Source of the DNA: Betaproteobacteria bacterium
GTDB taxonomy: Bacteria > Pseudomonadota > Gammaproteobacteria > Burkholderiales > SG8-39
Assembly: GCA_052386675.1 (NCBI GenBank)
Contig: JBQTJX010000003.1
Span: 2,660-66,659, forward strand
DNA length: 64,000 bases
Direction: 5' to 3'
Part shown: piece by piece, positions 1 to 11,492 of the stretch
How positions within the stretch are numbered: position 1 is the stretch's first letter
Layout: each line of letters begins with the position of its first letter
Made by a program: the position numbers and the translations under genes
Notes under the pieces: generated by a model
The model's database searches: none
Told to the model about the DNA's origin: nothing
Seen by the model: the letters and a program-made list of their open reading frames with translations, nothing else

Positions 1-930
1 GAGGATCTGGTTGCGCACGATCTTCGATTCCACCGCGAAGCACAGGTCCTTCACGGTATTGGCGTCCGGGCCGCCATCCTTGCCAACGCCGACGGCTTCG
101 AACACGCGCTTCCAGATGGCGTCGATTGCCTCCGAGCGGGCGCCCTTCTGGCGCATCGCGAACGCGTTGCGCAGGTCTGCTTCCGACATCTCGGTGATCT
201 TCGCCGCCAGCGCCTCATCCTTGGCCGGGGCTTTCCAGTCCCAGGCCGGCTTGCCGGCGACTTCAGCCAGTTCCTCAATTGCGGTGATCGCGGCCTGCAT
301 CTGCTCGTGGCCGTGGACCACGGCGCCGAGCATCACATCCTCCGGCAGTTCCAGCGCCTCGGACTCGACCATCAGAACGCCCTGCGCAGTGCCGGCAACC
401 ACGAGGTTGAGCTTGGACTCCTTCAACTGCGACAGGGTCGGGTTGATGACGTACTGGCCGTCGAGGTAACCGACCCGGACCGCGCCGATCGGGCCGCTGA
501 AGGGCACGCCCGACAGCGTCATCGCCGCGGACACCGCGATCATCGCCGGGATGTCGGCGTCAACCTCGGGGTTCAGCGACAGCACCTGCGCCACGACCTG
601 CACTTCGTTGTAGAAGCCGTCCGGGAACAGCGGCCGGATCGGACGGTCGATCAGGCGCGAGGTCAGGATTTCCTTCTCGCTCGGACGTCCCTCGCGCTTG
701 AAGAAGCCTCCGGGAATCTTTCCGGCGGCATAGGTCTTCTCGGCGTAGTCCACCGTAAGCGGGAAGAAGCTTTGCCCGGGCTTGGCCGATTTGGACGCGG
801 TCACCGCCGCGAGCACCACGGTATCGTCCACTGTGCAGATCACCGCGCCGTGCGCCTGGCGCGCGATTTCGCCGGTCTCGAGGGTTACCTGGTGCGTGCC
901 GAGGGTGAAAGTCTTCTTGATTGGGGTCAC
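1..930 (-). CDS. pnp: Polyribonucleotide nucleotidyltransferase (PNPase), N-terminal part; runs off the window start
   Basis: Not in the ORF track. Manual translation from GTG at 930 gives [26 protein letters not shown]...[48 protein letters not shown]. Lies directly downstream of rpsO. Confidence 0.97.
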   Translation of the reverse strand, partial: MTPIKKTFTLGTHQVTLETGEIARQAHGAVICTVDDTVVLAAVTASKSAKPGQSFFPLTVDYAEKTYAAGKIPGGFFKREGRPSEKEILTSRLIDRPIRPLFPDGFYNEVQVVAQVLSLNPEVDADIPAMIAVSAAMTLSGVPFSGPIGAVRVGYLDGQYVINPTLSQLKESKLNLVVAGTAQGVLMVESEALELPEDVMLGAVVHGHEQMQAAITAIEELAEVAGKPAWDWKAPAKDEALAAKITEMSEADLRNAFAMRQKGARSEAIDAIWKRVFEAVGVGKDGGPDANTVKDLCFAVESKIVRNQIL

Positions 931-973
931 TTGGAATCCTTGTTTTGGGCCGCAGCCCGTGTTCTGGACGCGC

Positions 974-1004
974 AAACAAAAACGCTCACCGGAAGGATGA
1001 GCGT
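974..1004 (-). terminator. Probable intrinsic terminator/attenuator between rpsO and pnp
   Basis: Stem ACGCTCA(982-988)/TGAGCGT(998-1004), followed on the minus strand by TTTTGTTT. Confidence 0.65.
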
Positions 1005-1048
1005 CAGTGCAGCGGCATGTGGGTGTCTGGAATGCTGGGACGCTGGGA

Positions 1049-1318
1049 CTACTTGCGCAGGCCGAGTCGCTCGATCAGGCCGCGATACTTGTCCGCATTG
1101 GTGCGCTTGAGGTAATCGAGCAGCTTGCGGCGCTGGCTGACGAGCTTGAGCAGCCCGCGGCGGGAATGGAAATCCTTGACGTGGGCCTTGAAGTGCTCGG
1201 CGAGGCCGTTGATGCGCTCGGTGAGGAGCGCGACCTGAACTTCGGAAGAACCGGTGTCGTTGGCGGCTCGCTGGTACTGCTTGACCACTTGCGCCTTCTG
1301 CGCAACTTGCAAACTCAT
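1049..1318 (-). CDS. rpsO: 30S ribosomal protein S15
   Basis: 89 aa [12 protein letters not shown]...[23 protein letters not shown]...[23 protein letters not shown]; start trimmed to the ATG at 1318. Confidence 0.98.
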   Translation of the reverse strand: MSLQVAQKAQVVKQYQRAANDTGSSEVQVALLTERINGLAEHFKAHVKDFHSRRGLLKLVSQRRKLLDYLKRTNADKYRGLIERLGLRK

Positions 1319-1352
1319 CTTCTGCTCTCTGGGCTCGTTTAGTGAGGCGCGC

Positions 1353-1382
1353 ATTTTATCCGGAAACGGCCCGGATTCACAA
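1353..1382 (-). promoter_or_regulatory. Candidate sigma70 promoter of rpsO
   Basis: Minus strand TTGTGA-N18-TAAAAT, 35 nt upstream of the rpsO ATG. Confidence 0.5.
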
Positions 1383-1397
1383 GTTTTTCTTGGTATT

Positions 1398-2321
1398 TCA
1401 GCCGGTTGCACCCGAATCGAGGCGTTGCGACAACAGCCTGACAGGGCGCAGCTTTCCATCGGCTCCGGCCTCTCCGACGCCCAGCAGCGCGCCGGCCGCG
1501 TCGAGGACACGGCAGGCGCCCTCCGGCAGCGCGCCGGCGGCCACAGCCTGTCCCTGGATGAAGCGCATGGATGCCTCGGGTTCCAGACCCGCGACCGGCA
1601 GCGCGGCCAGCAGGCTGTCCGGGGGAAGAAGGCAGGCGTGCCGGCCGGCCTCGCTCATGGCGCGGAACCGCTCCAGGTCCACCGCGTGCTCCAGGGTGTA
1701 GGCCCCGGCCGCCGTGCGGCGCAAGCCCTCAAGGTAGGCCACGGTGCCCAGGGCGAGCCCGAGGTCCTCGGCCAACTGCCGGATATAGGTGCCCTTGCTG
1801 CAGCGGACCCGCAGGCGGACCAGGTCGCCCTCGCGGCCCTCCAGCGCGAGCTCATGGATGGTCACTTCGCGCGCCTCGCGCTCGACCGTCTGCCCGGCGC
1901 GGGCCAGTTCGTAGAGCGGCCGGCCGTCGCGCTTGAGCGCCGAATACATCGGCGGTACCTGCCGGATCGCGCCGCGAAAACGCTCGAGCGCCATGGAAAG
2001 GTTTGCTTCGTCGACCACTACCGGCCGGCGCTCCAGCACCTCGCCCTCGGCGTCTCCGGTCGCGGTACGCGCGCCTAGGCGCACCGCGGCAAGGTAGGTT
2101 TTGTCCGAATCGAGCCCGAAGCGGGCAAATCTGGTGGCCTCCCCGAACAGCAGCGGCAGGAGTCCGGAGGCGAGCGGATCGAGGGTGCCGCCATGCCCCG
2201 CCTTGGTGGCGCCCAGCAGGCGCCGGGCCTCCTGCAACGCGGTGTTGGACGAGATGCCCGCGGGCTTGTCGAGCAGCAGGACGCCGTCCACGTTGCGCCG
2301 CGCGGGACGCGAGTTCGCCAC
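1398..2321 (-). CDS. truB: tRNA pseudouridine(55) synthase
   Basis: [14 protein letters not shown]...[33 protein letters not shown] motifs; follows rbfA. Confidence 0.97.
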   Translation of the reverse strand: MANSRPARRNVDGVLLLDKPAGISSNTALQEARRLLGATKAGHGGTLDPLASGLLPLLFGEATRFARFGLDSDKTYLAAVRLGARTATGDAEGEVLERRPVVVDEANLSMALERFRGAIRQVPPMYSALKRDGRPLYELARAGQTVEREAREVTIHELALEGREGDLVRLRVRCSKGTYIRQLAEDLGLALGTVAYLEGLRRTAAGAYTLEHAVDLERFRAMSEAGRHACLLPPDSLLAALPVAGLEPEASMRFIQGQAVAAGALPEGACRVLDAAGALLGVGEAGADGKLRPVRLLSQRLDSGATG

Positions 2322-2326
2322 TGCCG

Positions 2327-2677
2327 TCAGTCCTTGCTCCGCACGCTGTCGATCAGACGCGAGATACGGTCGCCGCGCGCCACCGATTCGTCATAGACGA
2401 AGCGCAGCGTTGGCGCCGAATAGATCTTGATGCGCTGCGCAAGCTGCGACCTCAGGAAGCCGCTGGCGCGCGCCAGTCCCGCTTCGGCCTGCGCCGCATG
2501 CGCCGCGTCGAGGCAGGTGAAATGGATGACGGCGTGGCTGCAGTCGGGCGACATGTCCACGCCGGTCAGCGTCACCATGCCCACGCGCGGGTCACGCAAT
2601 TCGCGGGAGAGGATCTCCGAGAGCTCGCGCTGCACCTGGTCGCCGACCTTGCGCGCCCTGCCCGAGCGCCGTGCCAT
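2327..2677 (-). CDS. rbfA: Ribosome-binding factor A
   Basis: RARKVGDQVQRELSEIL...DPRVGMVTLTGVDMSPD...PTLRFVYDESV; sits between infB and truB. Confidence 0.97.
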   Translation of the reverse strand: MARRSGRARKVGDQVQRELSEILSRELRDPRVGMVTLTGVDMSPDCSHAVIHFTCLDAAHAAQAEAGLARASGFLRSQLAQRIKIYSAPTLRFVYDESVARGDRISRLIDSVRSKD

Positions 2678-2684
2678 GGCGGAC

Positions 2685-5327
2685 CTACAGCGTCCGGGCG
2701 ACTTCGAGGATCTCGAACACCTCGAGCTGGTCGCCTTCCTTGAGGTCCTGGTAGTTCTTCAGCGACAGGCCGCATTCGAAGCCGGACTTGACCTCGCGAA
2801 CGTCGTCCTTGAAGCGCTTCAGGGCATCGATGTCGCCGGTGTGGATCACCACGCTGTCACGCAGCACGCGCACCTGGGCGCCGCGCTTGACGAGGCCGTC
2901 GGTCACGTAGCAGCCGGCCACGGTGCCCACCTTGGAGATGCGGAACACCTGGCGCACCTCGACCGTGCCAATGACGCTTTCCTTGCGTTCCGGAGCGAGC
3001 ATGCCCGAGAGCGCGGCCTTCACCTCCTCGACCGCATCGTAGATGACGTTGTAATAGCGCACGTCTACGCCTGAGGTCTCGATGAGCTTCCTCGCGGTGG
3101 CGTCGGCGCGGGCATTGAAGCCGATGATCACCGCGCGCGAGGCCATCGCCAGGTTGACATCGGACTCGGTGATGCCGCCGACGCCGGCGTGCACCACGCT
3201 CACCTTCACCTCCTCGGTGGACAGGCGCGTCAGCGCGTGGGCCAAGGCCTCCTGCGAGCCCTGCACGTCCGCCTTGATGAGCAACGCCATGGTCTTCTTG
3301 CCCTCCTCGCCCATGGTCGCCATCATGTTCTCCAGCTTCGCAGCCTGCTGCTTGGAGAGCTTGACGTCGCGGTACTTGCCGGCGCGGAACATCGCCACCT
3401 CGCGAGCCTTGCGCTCGTCCGCGAGCGCCACCATTTCTTCGCCGGCGCGCGGCACGTCGGACAACCCCTGCACTTCGACCGGGATGGACGGCCCGGCGCT
3501 CTGCACCGGCTTGCCGTTCTCGTCCAGCATGGCGCGCACGCGGCCGAAGACCGCGCCGGCGACGATGACATCGCCGCGCCTCAGCGTCCCCGACTGCACC
3601 AGCAGTGTCGCCACCGGGCCGCGACCCTTGTCCAGCCGCGCCTCGATCACCACGCCCTTGGCTGGCGCTTCCACCTGCGCCTTCAGTTCCTTCACCTCGG
3701 CCTGCAGCAGGATCTGCTCCAGCAGCTCGTCCACGCCCTGGCCGGTCTTCGCCGACACCGGCACCACCGGCGATTCCCCGCCGAGGTCCTCGGGCACCAC
3801 GCCGTTGGCGAGCAGGTCCTGGCGCACCTTCTCCGGGTTGGCCTCGTGCTTGTCGATCTTGTTGATCGCCACCACCAGCGGCACACCGGCCGCCTTGGCG
3901 TGGGCAATCGCTTCTATGGTCTGCGGCATGGCCCCGTCGTCAGCTGCCACCACCAGCACCACGATGTCGGTGACTTTCGCGCCTCGAGCCCGCATCGCTG
4001 TGAAGGCTTCGTGGCCGGGCGTGTCCAGGAAAGTGACCACGCCACGCGGCGTCTCGACGTGGTAGGCGCCGATGTGCTGCGTGATGCCGCCTGCCTCGCC
4101 CGAGGCGACCTTGGTGCGGCGGATGTAGTCCAGCAACGAGGTCTTGCCATGGTCCACGTGGCCCATCACTGTCACCACCGGGGGACGCGGCAGGAACTCC
4201 GCGGTGCTCTGCTCGCCGGTGTCGACAAGGTAGGCCTCGGGGTCATCGAGCTTGGCCGCCTTCGCGGTGTGGCCCATTTCCTGCACCACGATCATCGCGG
4301 TTTCCTGGTCCAGGGCCTGGTTGATGCTTGCCATGGAGCCCAGTTTCATCAGGACCTTGATGACCTCGGCCGCCTTGACCGCCATGCGATGCGCGAGTTC
4401 GCCCACCGTGATGGTCTCGGGCACCGCGATCTCGCGGACCACCGGTTCCGAAGGTTGCGCGAACGCCGGTTCACCGGACGCCTGCGGGGCGCCGCGGCCA
4501 TGCCTGGAGCCGCCGCGGCCGTGCCAGCCGGCGACGCCGCCGCCCATGTCGCCGCGCGTCTTGATGGCGCGGCGGCGCACGCCGTCGTCGCGCAGCACGG
4601 TGGTCTTGACCTTCTTCGCCTTCTTGTCGCCGGGCTTCGCCTCGCCCGTCCTGGGCGCGTGAAGGGTACCTTCCTTGACCGGGGACGGCGTGGCGGCCGC
4701 CTGCGCCAGCGCGGCGCGCTGGGCTTCACGCTGCAGGGCTTCGCGCTTCTCGCGCTCCTGCTTTTCGCGCAATTCCGCGGCCTGGATGTCGGACAGCTGC
4801 TGACTGCGACGCTGTTCGTCTTCCCGCAGCTTGATTTCGCGGGGATCAAGCGTGGACGGTCTCGCCGGGGCCGCCGCGGGAGCAGGGACGGAGACCGGAG
4901 CGGCCGCGGGCGGCGGGGGCGGCGGCGGGGGCGGCACGGGTTCCGGCTCCGGCTCGGGCGCCACCACCACGGGCGGCGGCGGGGGGGGCGGCGCCTCGGC
5001 AGCCGCCGCGGCCGCGGCGAGTTCGTTCGGGTCGCGCTTGACGAACACACGCTTCTTGCGCACCTCGACCTGGATCGTGCGCGCCTTGCCCGAGGCGTCG
5101 GACTTCTTGATCTCGCTGGTTTGCTTGCGCGTCAGCGTGATCTTGTTCTTGGCCTCCGAAGAACCGTGCGCCTTGCGCAAGTACTCCAGCAGCCGCGACT
5201 TGTCCTGTTCCGTGAGCGAATCCTCGGGAACGCGCTTTTCCACGCCAGCGGCGCGCAACTGCTCCAGCAGCACCGAAGGCGGGACCTTGAGCTCGCTGGC
5301 GAACTGGGCGACGCTGGTCTGGGCCAC
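2685..5327 (-). CDS. infB: Translation initiation factor IF-2
   Basis: G-domain [42 protein letters not shown]; start set at GTG 5327 ([13 protein letters not shown]) just after the nusA stop. Confidence 0.98.
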   Translation of the reverse strand: MAQTSVAQFASELKVPPSVLLEQLRAAGVEKRVPEDSLTEQDKSRLLEYLRKAHGSSEAKNKITLTRKQTSEIKKSDASGKARTIQVEVRKKRVFVKRDPNELAAAAAAAEAPPPPPPPVVVAPEPEPEPVPPPPPPPPPAAAPVSVPAPAAAPARPSTLDPREIKLREDEQRRSQQLSDIQAAELREKQEREKREALQREAQRAALAQAAATPSPVKEGTLHAPRTGEAKPGDKKAKKVKTTVLRDDGVRRRAIKTRGDMGGGVAGWHGRGGSRHGRGAPQASGEPAFAQPSEPVVREIAVPETITVGELAHRMAVKAAEVIKVLMKLGSMASINQALDQETAMIVVQEMGHTAKAAKLDDPEAYLVDTGEQSTAEFLPRPPVVTVMGHVDHGKTSLLDYIRRTKVASGEAGGITQHIGAYHVETPRGVVTFLDTPGHEAFTAMRARGAKVTDIVVLVVAADDGAMPQTIEAIAHAKAAGVPLVVAINKIDKHEANPEKVRQDLLANGVVPEDLGGESPVVPVSAKTGQGVDELLEQILLQAEVKELKAQVEAPAKGVVIEARLDKGRGPVATLLVQSGTLRRGDVIVAGAVFGRVRAMLDENGKPVQSAGPSIPVEVQGLSDVPRAGEEMVALADERKAREVAMFRAGKYRDVKLSKQQAAKLENMMATMGEEGKKTMALLIKADVQGSQEALAHALTRLSTEEVKVSVVHAGVGGITESDVNLAMASRAVIIGFNARADATARKLIETSGVDVRYYNVIYDAVEEVKAALSGMLAPERKESVIGTVEVRQVFRISKVGTVAGCYVTDGLVKRGAQVRVLRDSVVIHTGDIDALKRFKDDVREVKSGFECGLSLKNYQDLKEGDQLEVFEILEVARTL

Positions 5328-5328
5328 G

Positions 5329-6849
5329 TTACGCGGCCTCCTTGTTCTGCGTCGCGCCGGTGGCCGGCGCCTCATCGGCGAACCAGTGCGCGCGCGCCGC
5401 CATGATCAGCTTCTTGGCGCGCTCCTCGTCCAGGCCCGTCAGTTCCGACAGTTCGTCCACAGCGAGGTCGGCAAGGTCGTCGCGGGCCTTGATGCCGCCC
5501 TTGGCGAGCTTGGCGGCAAGCGGCGGATCCATCCCTTCCAGCTGCAGCAGCAGCGGGTCAACGCCTTCCAGGCTTTCCTCGCTCGCGATCGCCTGCACCA
5601 GCAGCGCATTGCGCGCGCGGCTGCGCAATTCGTTCACCGTGTTCTCGTCGAAGGCCTCGATCTCCATCATCTCGTTGATCGGCACATAGGCGACTTCCTC
5701 GAGCGTGGCGAAGCCCTCCTCGATCAGGATCGCGGCCACCTCTTCGTCCACGTCCAGCTTCTCCATGAACAGGTTCCTGACCCGGGTTCCCTCCTCCTCC
5801 TGCTTCTTGGAGGACTCCTCCTCGTTCATCAGGTTGATGGTCCAGCCGGTCAGCTCCGAGGCAAGGCGCACGTTCTGCCCGCTCCTGCCGATCGCGATGG
5901 CGAGATTCTCCTCGTCCACCACCACGTCCATGGCGTGCTTCTCCTCGTCCACCAGGATCGAACTCACCTCGGCGGGCGCAAGCGCGCCGATGACGAACTG
6001 CGCCGGGTCCGCGGACCACAGCACGATGTCGACGCGCTCGCCGGCCAGCTCCTGGGTCACGGCCTGGACGCGCGAACCGCGCATGCCGACGCAGGTGCCG
6101 ATCGGGTCGATGCGACGGTCGTTGGTGAACACCGCGATCTTGGCGCGGATGCCGGGGTCGCGGGCCGCCGACTTGATCTCCAGCAGCCCTTCCTCGATCT
6201 CCGGTACCTCGAGCTCGAACAGTTTCATGATGAACTGCGGCGCGGTGCGCGACAGCACCAGCTGCGGCCCGCGCACGCCGCGCTCGATCTTCATCACCCA
6301 GGCCCGCACCCGGTCGCCGATGCGCAGGTTTTCCTTCGGGATCATGTACTCGCGTGGCAGCAGCGCCTCGAGGCGACCCGATTCCACGATGGCGCTGCCA
6401 CGCTCCATGCGCTTGACGGTACCGGTAACCAGCTCGTCGCCGCGCGACAGGAAGTCGTTCAGGATCTGCTCGCGCTCGGCATCCCTGATCCGCTGCAGGA
6501 TCACCTGCTTCGCGGTCTGCGCGCCGATGCGGCCGAAGGGCACGTTCTCGATCTGCTCCTCGAGGACGTCATCCAGCTTGGCGTCGGGCTTGCGGTCCTG
6601 GGCCTCCTCGACCGACAGCATCTGGGCGTTGATCCAGTCCGGCGCGTCATCGGGCAGCACGCGCCAGCGGCGGAAGGCCTGATAGTCCCCGGTATCGCGA
6701 TTGATCTCGACGCGCACGTCCACGTCGTCGGTGAAGCGCTTCTTGGTGGCCGAGGCGAGCGCGAGTTCCAGCGCGCCGAACACCACGTCGCGGTTGACGT
6801 TCTTCTCGCGCGCCAGCGCGTCCACCAGCAGCAAAATTTCCCGGCTCAT
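5329..6849 (-). CDS. nusA: Transcription termination/antitermination factor NusA
   Basis: [70 protein letters not shown]. Confidence 0.98.
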   Translation of the reverse strand: MSREILLLVDALAREKNVNRDVVFGALELALASATKKRFTDDVDVRVEINRDTGDYQAFRRWRVLPDDAPDWINAQMLSVEEAQDRKPDAKLDDVLEEQIENVPFGRIGAQTAKQVILQRIRDAEREQILNDFLSRGDELVTGTVKRMERGSAIVESGRLEALLPREYMIPKENLRIGDRVRAWVMKIERGVRGPQLVLSRTAPQFIMKLFELEVPEIEEGLLEIKSAARDPGIRAKIAVFTNDRRIDPIGTCVGMRGSRVQAVTQELAGERVDIVLWSADPAQFVIGALAPAEVSSILVDEEKHAMDVVVDEENLAIAIGRSGQNVRLASELTGWTINLMNEEESSKKQEEEGTRVRNLFMEKLDVDEEVAAILIEEGFATLEEVAYVPINEMMEIEAFDENTVNELRSRARNALLVQAIASEESLEGVDPLLLQLEGMDPPLAAKLAKGGIKARDDLADLAVDELSELTGLDEERAKKLIMAARAHWFADEAPATGATQNKEAA

Positions 6850-7319
6850 TTCCGCCTCTTCTGCACGTTGCGTGCGAGCACGTCCGGCACCAGCCGGGCC
6901 CGCTCCACTGAATCCAGTTCCAGCGCCACCTCCTGGCCTTCAATCTCCAGGGTGGCAACCCCGTCCTTCGCGCCCCGGAGGATCCCGGAAAAGCGCCTGC
7001 GTCCCGCGGCGTCCGGCGAACGCAGCCGCACGTCCGCCTTGTGCCCCGCGAAACGCGCGAAGTCCTTCTCCTTGCGCAGCGGGCGGTCCAGCCCGGGCGA
7101 GGACACTTCCAGCCTGTCGTATTCCACGCCCTCGACCGCGAACAGGTGCGTCAGGTGGCGGCTGACCGTGGCGCAATCATCGACATTGATGCCGCCCGTG
7201 CCCTCCGGACGGTCGATGAAGATCCGCAGGAACTGTCCATGGTTGGACAGCTGCATCTCGACCAGCTCGAAGCCCATGCCCGCCAGGGTCGGCTCTACGA
7301 TATCCGTCAAAGCCGCCAT
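6846..7319 (-). CDS. rimP: Ribosome maturation factor RimP
   Basis: [20 protein letters not shown]...LRIFID...[11 protein letters not shown]...[12 protein letters not shown]; start trimmed to ATG 7319; overlaps the nusA start. Confidence 0.95.
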   Translation of the reverse strand: MAALTDIVEPTLAGMGFELVEMQLSNHGQFLRIFIDRPEGTGGINVDDCATVSRHLTHLFAVEGVEYDRLEVSSPGLDRPLRKEKDFARFAGHKADVRLRSPDAAGRRRFSGILRGAKDGVATLEIEGQEVALELDSVERARLVPDVLARNVQKRRK

Positions 7320-7355
7320 CCACTCCGCCTGTAGCCCTGCACCCGCTGCTGAAAC

Positions 7356-7377
7356 AAAAAATGGGCCGAAGCCCATT
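7356..7377 (-). terminator. Hairpin terminator/attenuator in the rimP-nusA leader
   Basis: Minus strand AATGGGC-TTCG-GCCCATT then TTTT (C(UUCG)G tetraloop plus U tract), about 37 nt upstream of the rimP ATG. Confidence 0.75.
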
Positions 7378-7426
7378 ACCTTGAAACAGTTGAAGTTTAA
7401 CAGATTTTTCGCGTCGGTACAACGTA

Positions 7427-8203
7427 TTACGGCACCTGCGGCGCAGCCCGCTGGGCGACCTTCAGGAACGAAGCGACCAACGCCGGGCTGCCCTCGACCC
7501 AGCGCCCCGGGAGCAGGTCGGGCGGGAGTTCCACCGGTCCGAAACGCTTGCGGACCAGCCGGCTGACCGGATGGCCCAGCGACTCGAACATGCGCCGCAC
7601 CTCGCGGGTGCGGCCTTCGCGGATCACGACCCGGTACCAGCGGTTGACGCCCTCCTCCGCCGCGCGCGGGATCGACGCGATCCGGGTGAAGCGCGCGGGG
7701 CCGTCCTCCAGCGTGATGCCCTCGCACAGGCGGCGCTGCTCCTCGACGGTCACCTCGCCCTTCACGCGCGCGTGGTACTCGCGGTCCACGCCATGACGGG
7801 GATGCATGAAACGGTTTGCCAGTTCGCCGGAATCTGTAAACAGCAGCAGCCCTGCGCTGTTCAGGTCCAGCCGCCCGATGGATACCCAGCGCCCGCCCTG
7901 CAGCGGGGGCAGGCGCTCGAATACGGTGGCCCTGCCCTCCGGATCCGCGCGCGTGACCAGTTCGCCCACGGGCTTGTGGTAGAGCAGGAGACGAGGCGCG
8001 GTTGCGGGCGCCGCCATGGCCACCGGCTTGCCGTCCACCGTGACGAGGGCGCCGGAAAGCGCCCGGTCGCCCAGTTTCGCGACCCTGCCGTCCACGGCGA
8101 CCCGGCCCTCGCTGATCCAGACTTCGATCGCGCGCCGCGATCCGAGGCCGGCCGCGGCGAGCAGCTTCTGCAGCCGCTCCCCTTGCGGGGTCGCCGGCGC
8201 CAC
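7427..8203 (-). CDS. rluB: 23S rRNA pseudouridine synthase, RluB/RsuA family
   Basis: S4 domain ERLQKLLAAAGLGSRRAIE; catalytic GRLDLNSAGLLLFT; GRTREVRRMFE; start inferred at GTG 8203. Confidence 0.88.
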   Translation of the reverse strand: MAPATPQGERLQKLLAAAGLGSRRAIEVWISEGRVAVDGRVAKLGDRALSGALVTVDGKPVAMAAPATAPRLLLYHKPVGELVTRADPEGRATVFERLPPLQGGRWVSIGRLDLNSAGLLLFTDSGELANRFMHPRHGVDREYHARVKGEVTVEEQRRLCEGITLEDGPARFTRIASIPRAAEEGVNRWYRVVIREGRTREVRRMFESLGHPVSRLVRKRFGPVELPPDLLPGRWVEGSPALVASFLKVAQRAAPQVP

Positions 8204-8204
8204 G

Positions 8205-8804
8205 CTACCCGGCGGCGGGCTGGCCCGGGGCGGTGTCGGCTTGGGCAGGTGCGGCCTGCGCTGGGGAAGGTTCGAGCTCGAGAGTGCGCGCCACCTCGTC
8301 CAGGGGCGGGAGCTCCTGGAGCGACACCAGCCCAAGGTCGTTCAGGAACGACTGGGTGGTGGCGTAGAGGGCCGGCCTGCCGGGCGTATCGCGATGGCCG
8401 ACGACGTCGATCCAGCTGCGGCTCTCCAGGGTCTGGATGATCTGCGCCGAGACCGCCACGCCGCGGATGTCCTCGATGTCGCCGCGCGAAACCGGCTGAC
8501 GGTAGGCAATGATCGCAAGCGTCTCCATCACCGCGCGCGAGTAGCGCGGCGGCTTGTCCGGATTCAAACGCTCGAGGAACGGCTGGATCTCGGGCCGCGT
8601 CTGGAAGCGCCAGCCGCCGGCCAGGTTCACCAGCTCGACGGCGCGCCCGGCCCAGTCATCCCGCAATTCGCCCAGCAGTCGGCGCAGGGTGTCCGGACCG
8701 ATCTGGTCCTCGAACAGGCGCTTCAGCTCGGGCAGGGATACCGGTTCCTGCGAGGCAAGCAATGCCGCCTCGATGATGCGCTTGGCTTCAGTCGGATTGA
8801 GCAT
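8205..8804 (-). CDS. scpB: SMC-Scp complex subunit ScpB
   Basis: [52 protein letters not shown]. Confidence 0.95.
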   Translation of the reverse strand: MLNPTEAKRIIEAALLASQEPVSLPELKRLFEDQIGPDTLRRLLGELRDDWAGRAVELVNLAGGWRFQTRPEIQPFLERLNPDKPPRYSRAVMETLAIIAYRQPVSRGDIEDIRGVAVSAQIIQTLESRSWIDVVGHRDTPGRPALYATTQSFLNDLGLVSLQELPPLDEVARTLELEPSPAQAAPAQADTAPGQPAAG

Positions 8805-9612
8805 GGGCGATTCTGGCGTAGATCGGGGCGAAACTTCCAGACTGCGTGATTTCGACCAGGGTCTCGCGCGCCAGTTCAAGCAGCGCGAGCAGGGTGACCA
8901 CCAGCACGGCAACGCCGCGCGCCGGATCGAACATCTCGCGGAACTCCAGCACCCGGTGCTCCTTCAACTGGCGCAGGATGCGGCTCATGTGCTCGCGAAC
9001 CGACAGCTCCTCGCGCGAGACCTTGTGGTGGGCGTGCAGGCGCGCCCGCTGCAGCAGCGAGCGCCAGGCTTCCGCCAGGTCGCGCGGATGGACATCGGGC
9101 AGGACTTCGACTGTGGTGCGCTCCACGTAGGCCGCCACTGCCATCACGTCGCGGCCAAGCTGCGGCAACTCGTCCAGCTTCTGCGCCGCGAGCTTCATGC
9201 GCTCATACTCCAGCAGGCGGCGCACCAGTTCGGCACGGGGATCGTTCTCCTCCTCCACCACCGTCGCGGGTCGCGGCAGCAGCATGCGCGACTTGATCTC
9301 GATCAGCATCGCCGCCATCACCAGGTACTCGGCCGCGAGTTCGAGGTTCCTGGTCCGCATCAGGTCCACGTACTCCAGGTACTGGCGCGTCAGCGGCGCC
9401 ATCGGGATGTCGAGGATGTTCAGGTTCTGCTTGCGGATCAGGTACAGCAGCAGGTCGAGCGGGCCCTGGAAGGCCTCCAGCATGACCTCGAGCGCATCGG
9501 GCGGGATGTAAAGGTCGGTCGGCAGCTCGGCCAACGGCTCGCCATAGATGCGCACGACGTTCGAGGCGACGAACGTCACGTGCGCCGGACCCGTCGCGAC
9601 CGCTTCAACCAT
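8788..9612 (-). CDS. scpA: Segregation and condensation protein A
   Basis: [46 protein letters not shown]; adjacent to scpB. Confidence 0.95.
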   Translation of the reverse strand: MVEAVATGPAHVTFVASNVVRIYGEPLAELPTDLYIPPDALEVMLEAFQGPLDLLLYLIRKQNLNILDIPMAPLTRQYLEYVDLMRTRNLELAAEYLVMAAMLIEIKSRMLLPRPATVVEEENDPRAELVRRLLEYERMKLAAQKLDELPQLGRDVMAVAAYVERTTVEVLPDVHPRDLAEAWRSLLQRARLHAHHKVSREELSVREHMSRILRQLKEHRVLEFREMFDPARGVAVLVVTLLALLELARETLVEITQSGSFAPIYARIAHAQSD

Positions 9613-10807
9613 AGTCCAGCCCCATCGCCTCGCGCACGTCGCGCATGGTTTCTGTCGCCAGCTTGCGGGCCCTGTCGCAGCCGTCGGCAAGGACGCTCTT
9701 CACCAGCGTCGGGTCGTCGAGGTACGCCTGCGCGCGCTCCCGGATCGGTGCCAATTCGGCAAGGACGCCGTCGATGACGGGCTGCTTGCACTCGAGGCAA
9801 CCGATTCCGGCCGTGGTGCAGCCCTTCTGCACCCACTGGCGCCGGTCCTCGTCCGAGTAGACCTGGTGCAGCGACCACACCGGGCAGTTCTGCGGATTGC
9901 CCGGATCGGTGCGCTTCACCCGCGCCGGGTCGGTTGGCATGGTGCGGATCTTCCTGGTCACCGACTCCGGCGATTCACGCAGGCCGATGGCGTTGCCGTA
10001 GGACTTGGACATCTTCTGTCCGTCCAGTCCGGGCATCCTCGAAGCTTCAGTCAGCAAGGCCCCGGGTTCGACCAGGATGCGCCGCCCGCTGCCTTCCAGC
10101 CAGCCGTAGAGCCGCTCGCGATCCCCGCGCGGCTGGTTCTGCTGCTCCTCCAGCAGCGCCCGCGCGCGGTTGAGCGCATCCGCGTCGCCGCTTTCGAGGA
10201 ACTTCGTCCGCAACTCGTTGAACAGGCGGGCCTTCTTGGAACCCATTTTCTTCACCGCCGCCTTGGCCTTTTCCTCGAATCCGGCCTCCCGGCCATAGAG
10301 GTGGTTGAAGCGGCGCGCCACCTCGCGGGTGAACTCCACGTGCGGCACCTGGTCCTCGCCCACCGGCACGTACTGCGCGCGATAGATGAGGATGTCGGCC
10401 GCCTGCAGCAGCGGGTAGCCCAGGAAACCGTACGTGGTCAGGTCCTTGTCGCCCAGCTTCTGCTGCTGGTCCTTGTAGGTCGGCACGCGCTCGAGCCAGC
10501 CCAGTGGCGCCATCATGGACAGCAGCAGATGCAGTTCCGCGTGCTCCGGGACGAGGGACTGCACGAACAGCGTGGCCTGGTTCGGGTCCACGCCGGCGGC
10601 AAGCCAGTCCACCACCATCTCCTGCGCGCTCCTGGTGATGTCGCCCGGCTTCTCGTAGTCCGTGGTGAGCGCGTGCCAGTCGGCGACAAAATACAGGCAG
10701 GGGTACTCCGCCTGGAGCTTGACCCAGTTCTTCAGCACGCCGTGGTAGTGGCCCAGGTGCAGCGCGCCGGTGGGGCGCATGCCGGAAAGGACGCGGGTTT
10801 CAAACAT
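9605..10807 (-). CDS. trpS: Tryptophan--tRNA ligase
   Basis: SGMRPTGALHLGH (HIGH-like), YPLLQAADIL, VPVGEDQVPH, KMSKS. Confidence 0.97.
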   Translation of the reverse strand: MFETRVLSGMRPTGALHLGHYHGVLKNWVKLQAEYPCLYFVADWHALTTDYEKPGDITRSAQEMVVDWLAAGVDPNQATLFVQSLVPEHAELHLLLSMMAPLGWLERVPTYKDQQQKLGDKDLTTYGFLGYPLLQAADILIYRAQYVPVGEDQVPHVEFTREVARRFNHLYGREAGFEEKAKAAVKKMGSKKARLFNELRTKFLESGDADALNRARALLEEQQNQPRGDRERLYGWLEGSGRRILVEPGALLTEASRMPGLDGQKMSKSYGNAIGLRESPESVTRKIRTMPTDPARVKRTDPGNPQNCPVWSLHQVYSDEDRRQWVQKGCTTAGIGCLECKQPVIDGVLAELAPIRERAQAYLDDPTLVKSVLADGCDRARKLATETMRDVREAMGLDYG

Positions 10808-10808
10808 G

Positions 10809-11492
10809 CTATGTACTCGCGATGCCGCGCAGCAGATCGAGCGCGAACTGGTTCAACGGCCGGAACAGGCTGGCGATGACGCGTCCGTCATTGACCGTCG
10901 TGTCGTAGACACCGAACACGGCGAATGCCATGAAGAAATACGAACCCAGCGCCTCCGTCCGTGCGAACGGGTCCGCCAGCTTCGGCGGCAGCAGTCCGGC
11001 GAGTATGCGTCCGCCGTCGAGGGGAAGGATCGGGATCAGGTTGATGGCCATGAGGACCAGGTTGACCGCGACGCCCGCCATGGCGAGCCTGACAAGGAAC
11101 TCGGCGGAGGATACGGCGGGCAATTCTATGCCGGCACGCAACACGACAGCCCAGATGAGCAGCATCGCCAGGTTTGCGGCCGGCCCGGCGGCTGCGACCA
11201 GCGCCATGTGCAGCCGGGGACGCCGCAGCGCCGAGTAGTTCACTGGAACCGGCTTCGCCCACCCGAACGCGAACTTGCCGCCGGTGACCAGCAGCAGCAG
11301 CGCAGGGACGACGATCGTCCCCGCAAGCTCGATGTGGCGAACCGGATTGAGGCTGATCCGCCCCTGGGCGAAGGCGGTCATGTCGCCGAAATGGCGCGCT
11401 ACGTAGCCGTGCGCCGCCTCGTGCAGCGTGATCGCGAACAGGACCGGGAGCGCGTAGATGGCGACGGTTTGTGCAAGTTGGCTGACGTCCAT
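10809..11492 (-). CDS. Site-2 protease family (M50) membrane metalloprotease
   Basis: HEAAH zinc motif, AAAGPAAN, NLIPILPLDGG. Confidence 0.93.
   Translation of the reverse strand: MDVSQLAQTVAIYALPVLFAITLHEAAHGYVARHFGDMTAFAQGRISLNPVRHIELAGTIVVPALLLLVTGGKFAFGWAKPVPVNYSALRRPRLHMALVAAAGPAANLAMLLIWAVVLRAGIELPAVSSAEFLVRLAMAGVAVNLVLMAINLIPILPLDGGRILAGLLPPKLADPFARTEALGSYFFMAFAVFGVYDTTVNDGRVIASLFRPLNQFALDLLRGIAST

Noticed and set aside
4860-5020. Poly-Pro/Ala low-complexity stretch in IF-2
   Set aside because: The variable N-terminal region of IF-2 is commonly low complexity; not a separate element
7320-7426. Possible tRNA between rluB and rimP, where some bacteria have tRNA-Met
   Set aside because: No cloverleaf, T-loop (GTTCRA) or CCA found; only the terminator hairpin
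3189-7566. Long plus-strand ORFs (738 and 911 aa) opposite infB/nusA
   Set aside because: Antisense shadows of real genes in high-GC DNA; no recognisable motifs. The same applies to 10770-12920, 15524-17920, 45021-47315 and 54555-57278.
10080-10300. Internal helical insertion in TrpS making it 400 aa
   Set aside because: As far as I recall this long form is usual for betaproteobacterial TrpS; not treated as novel
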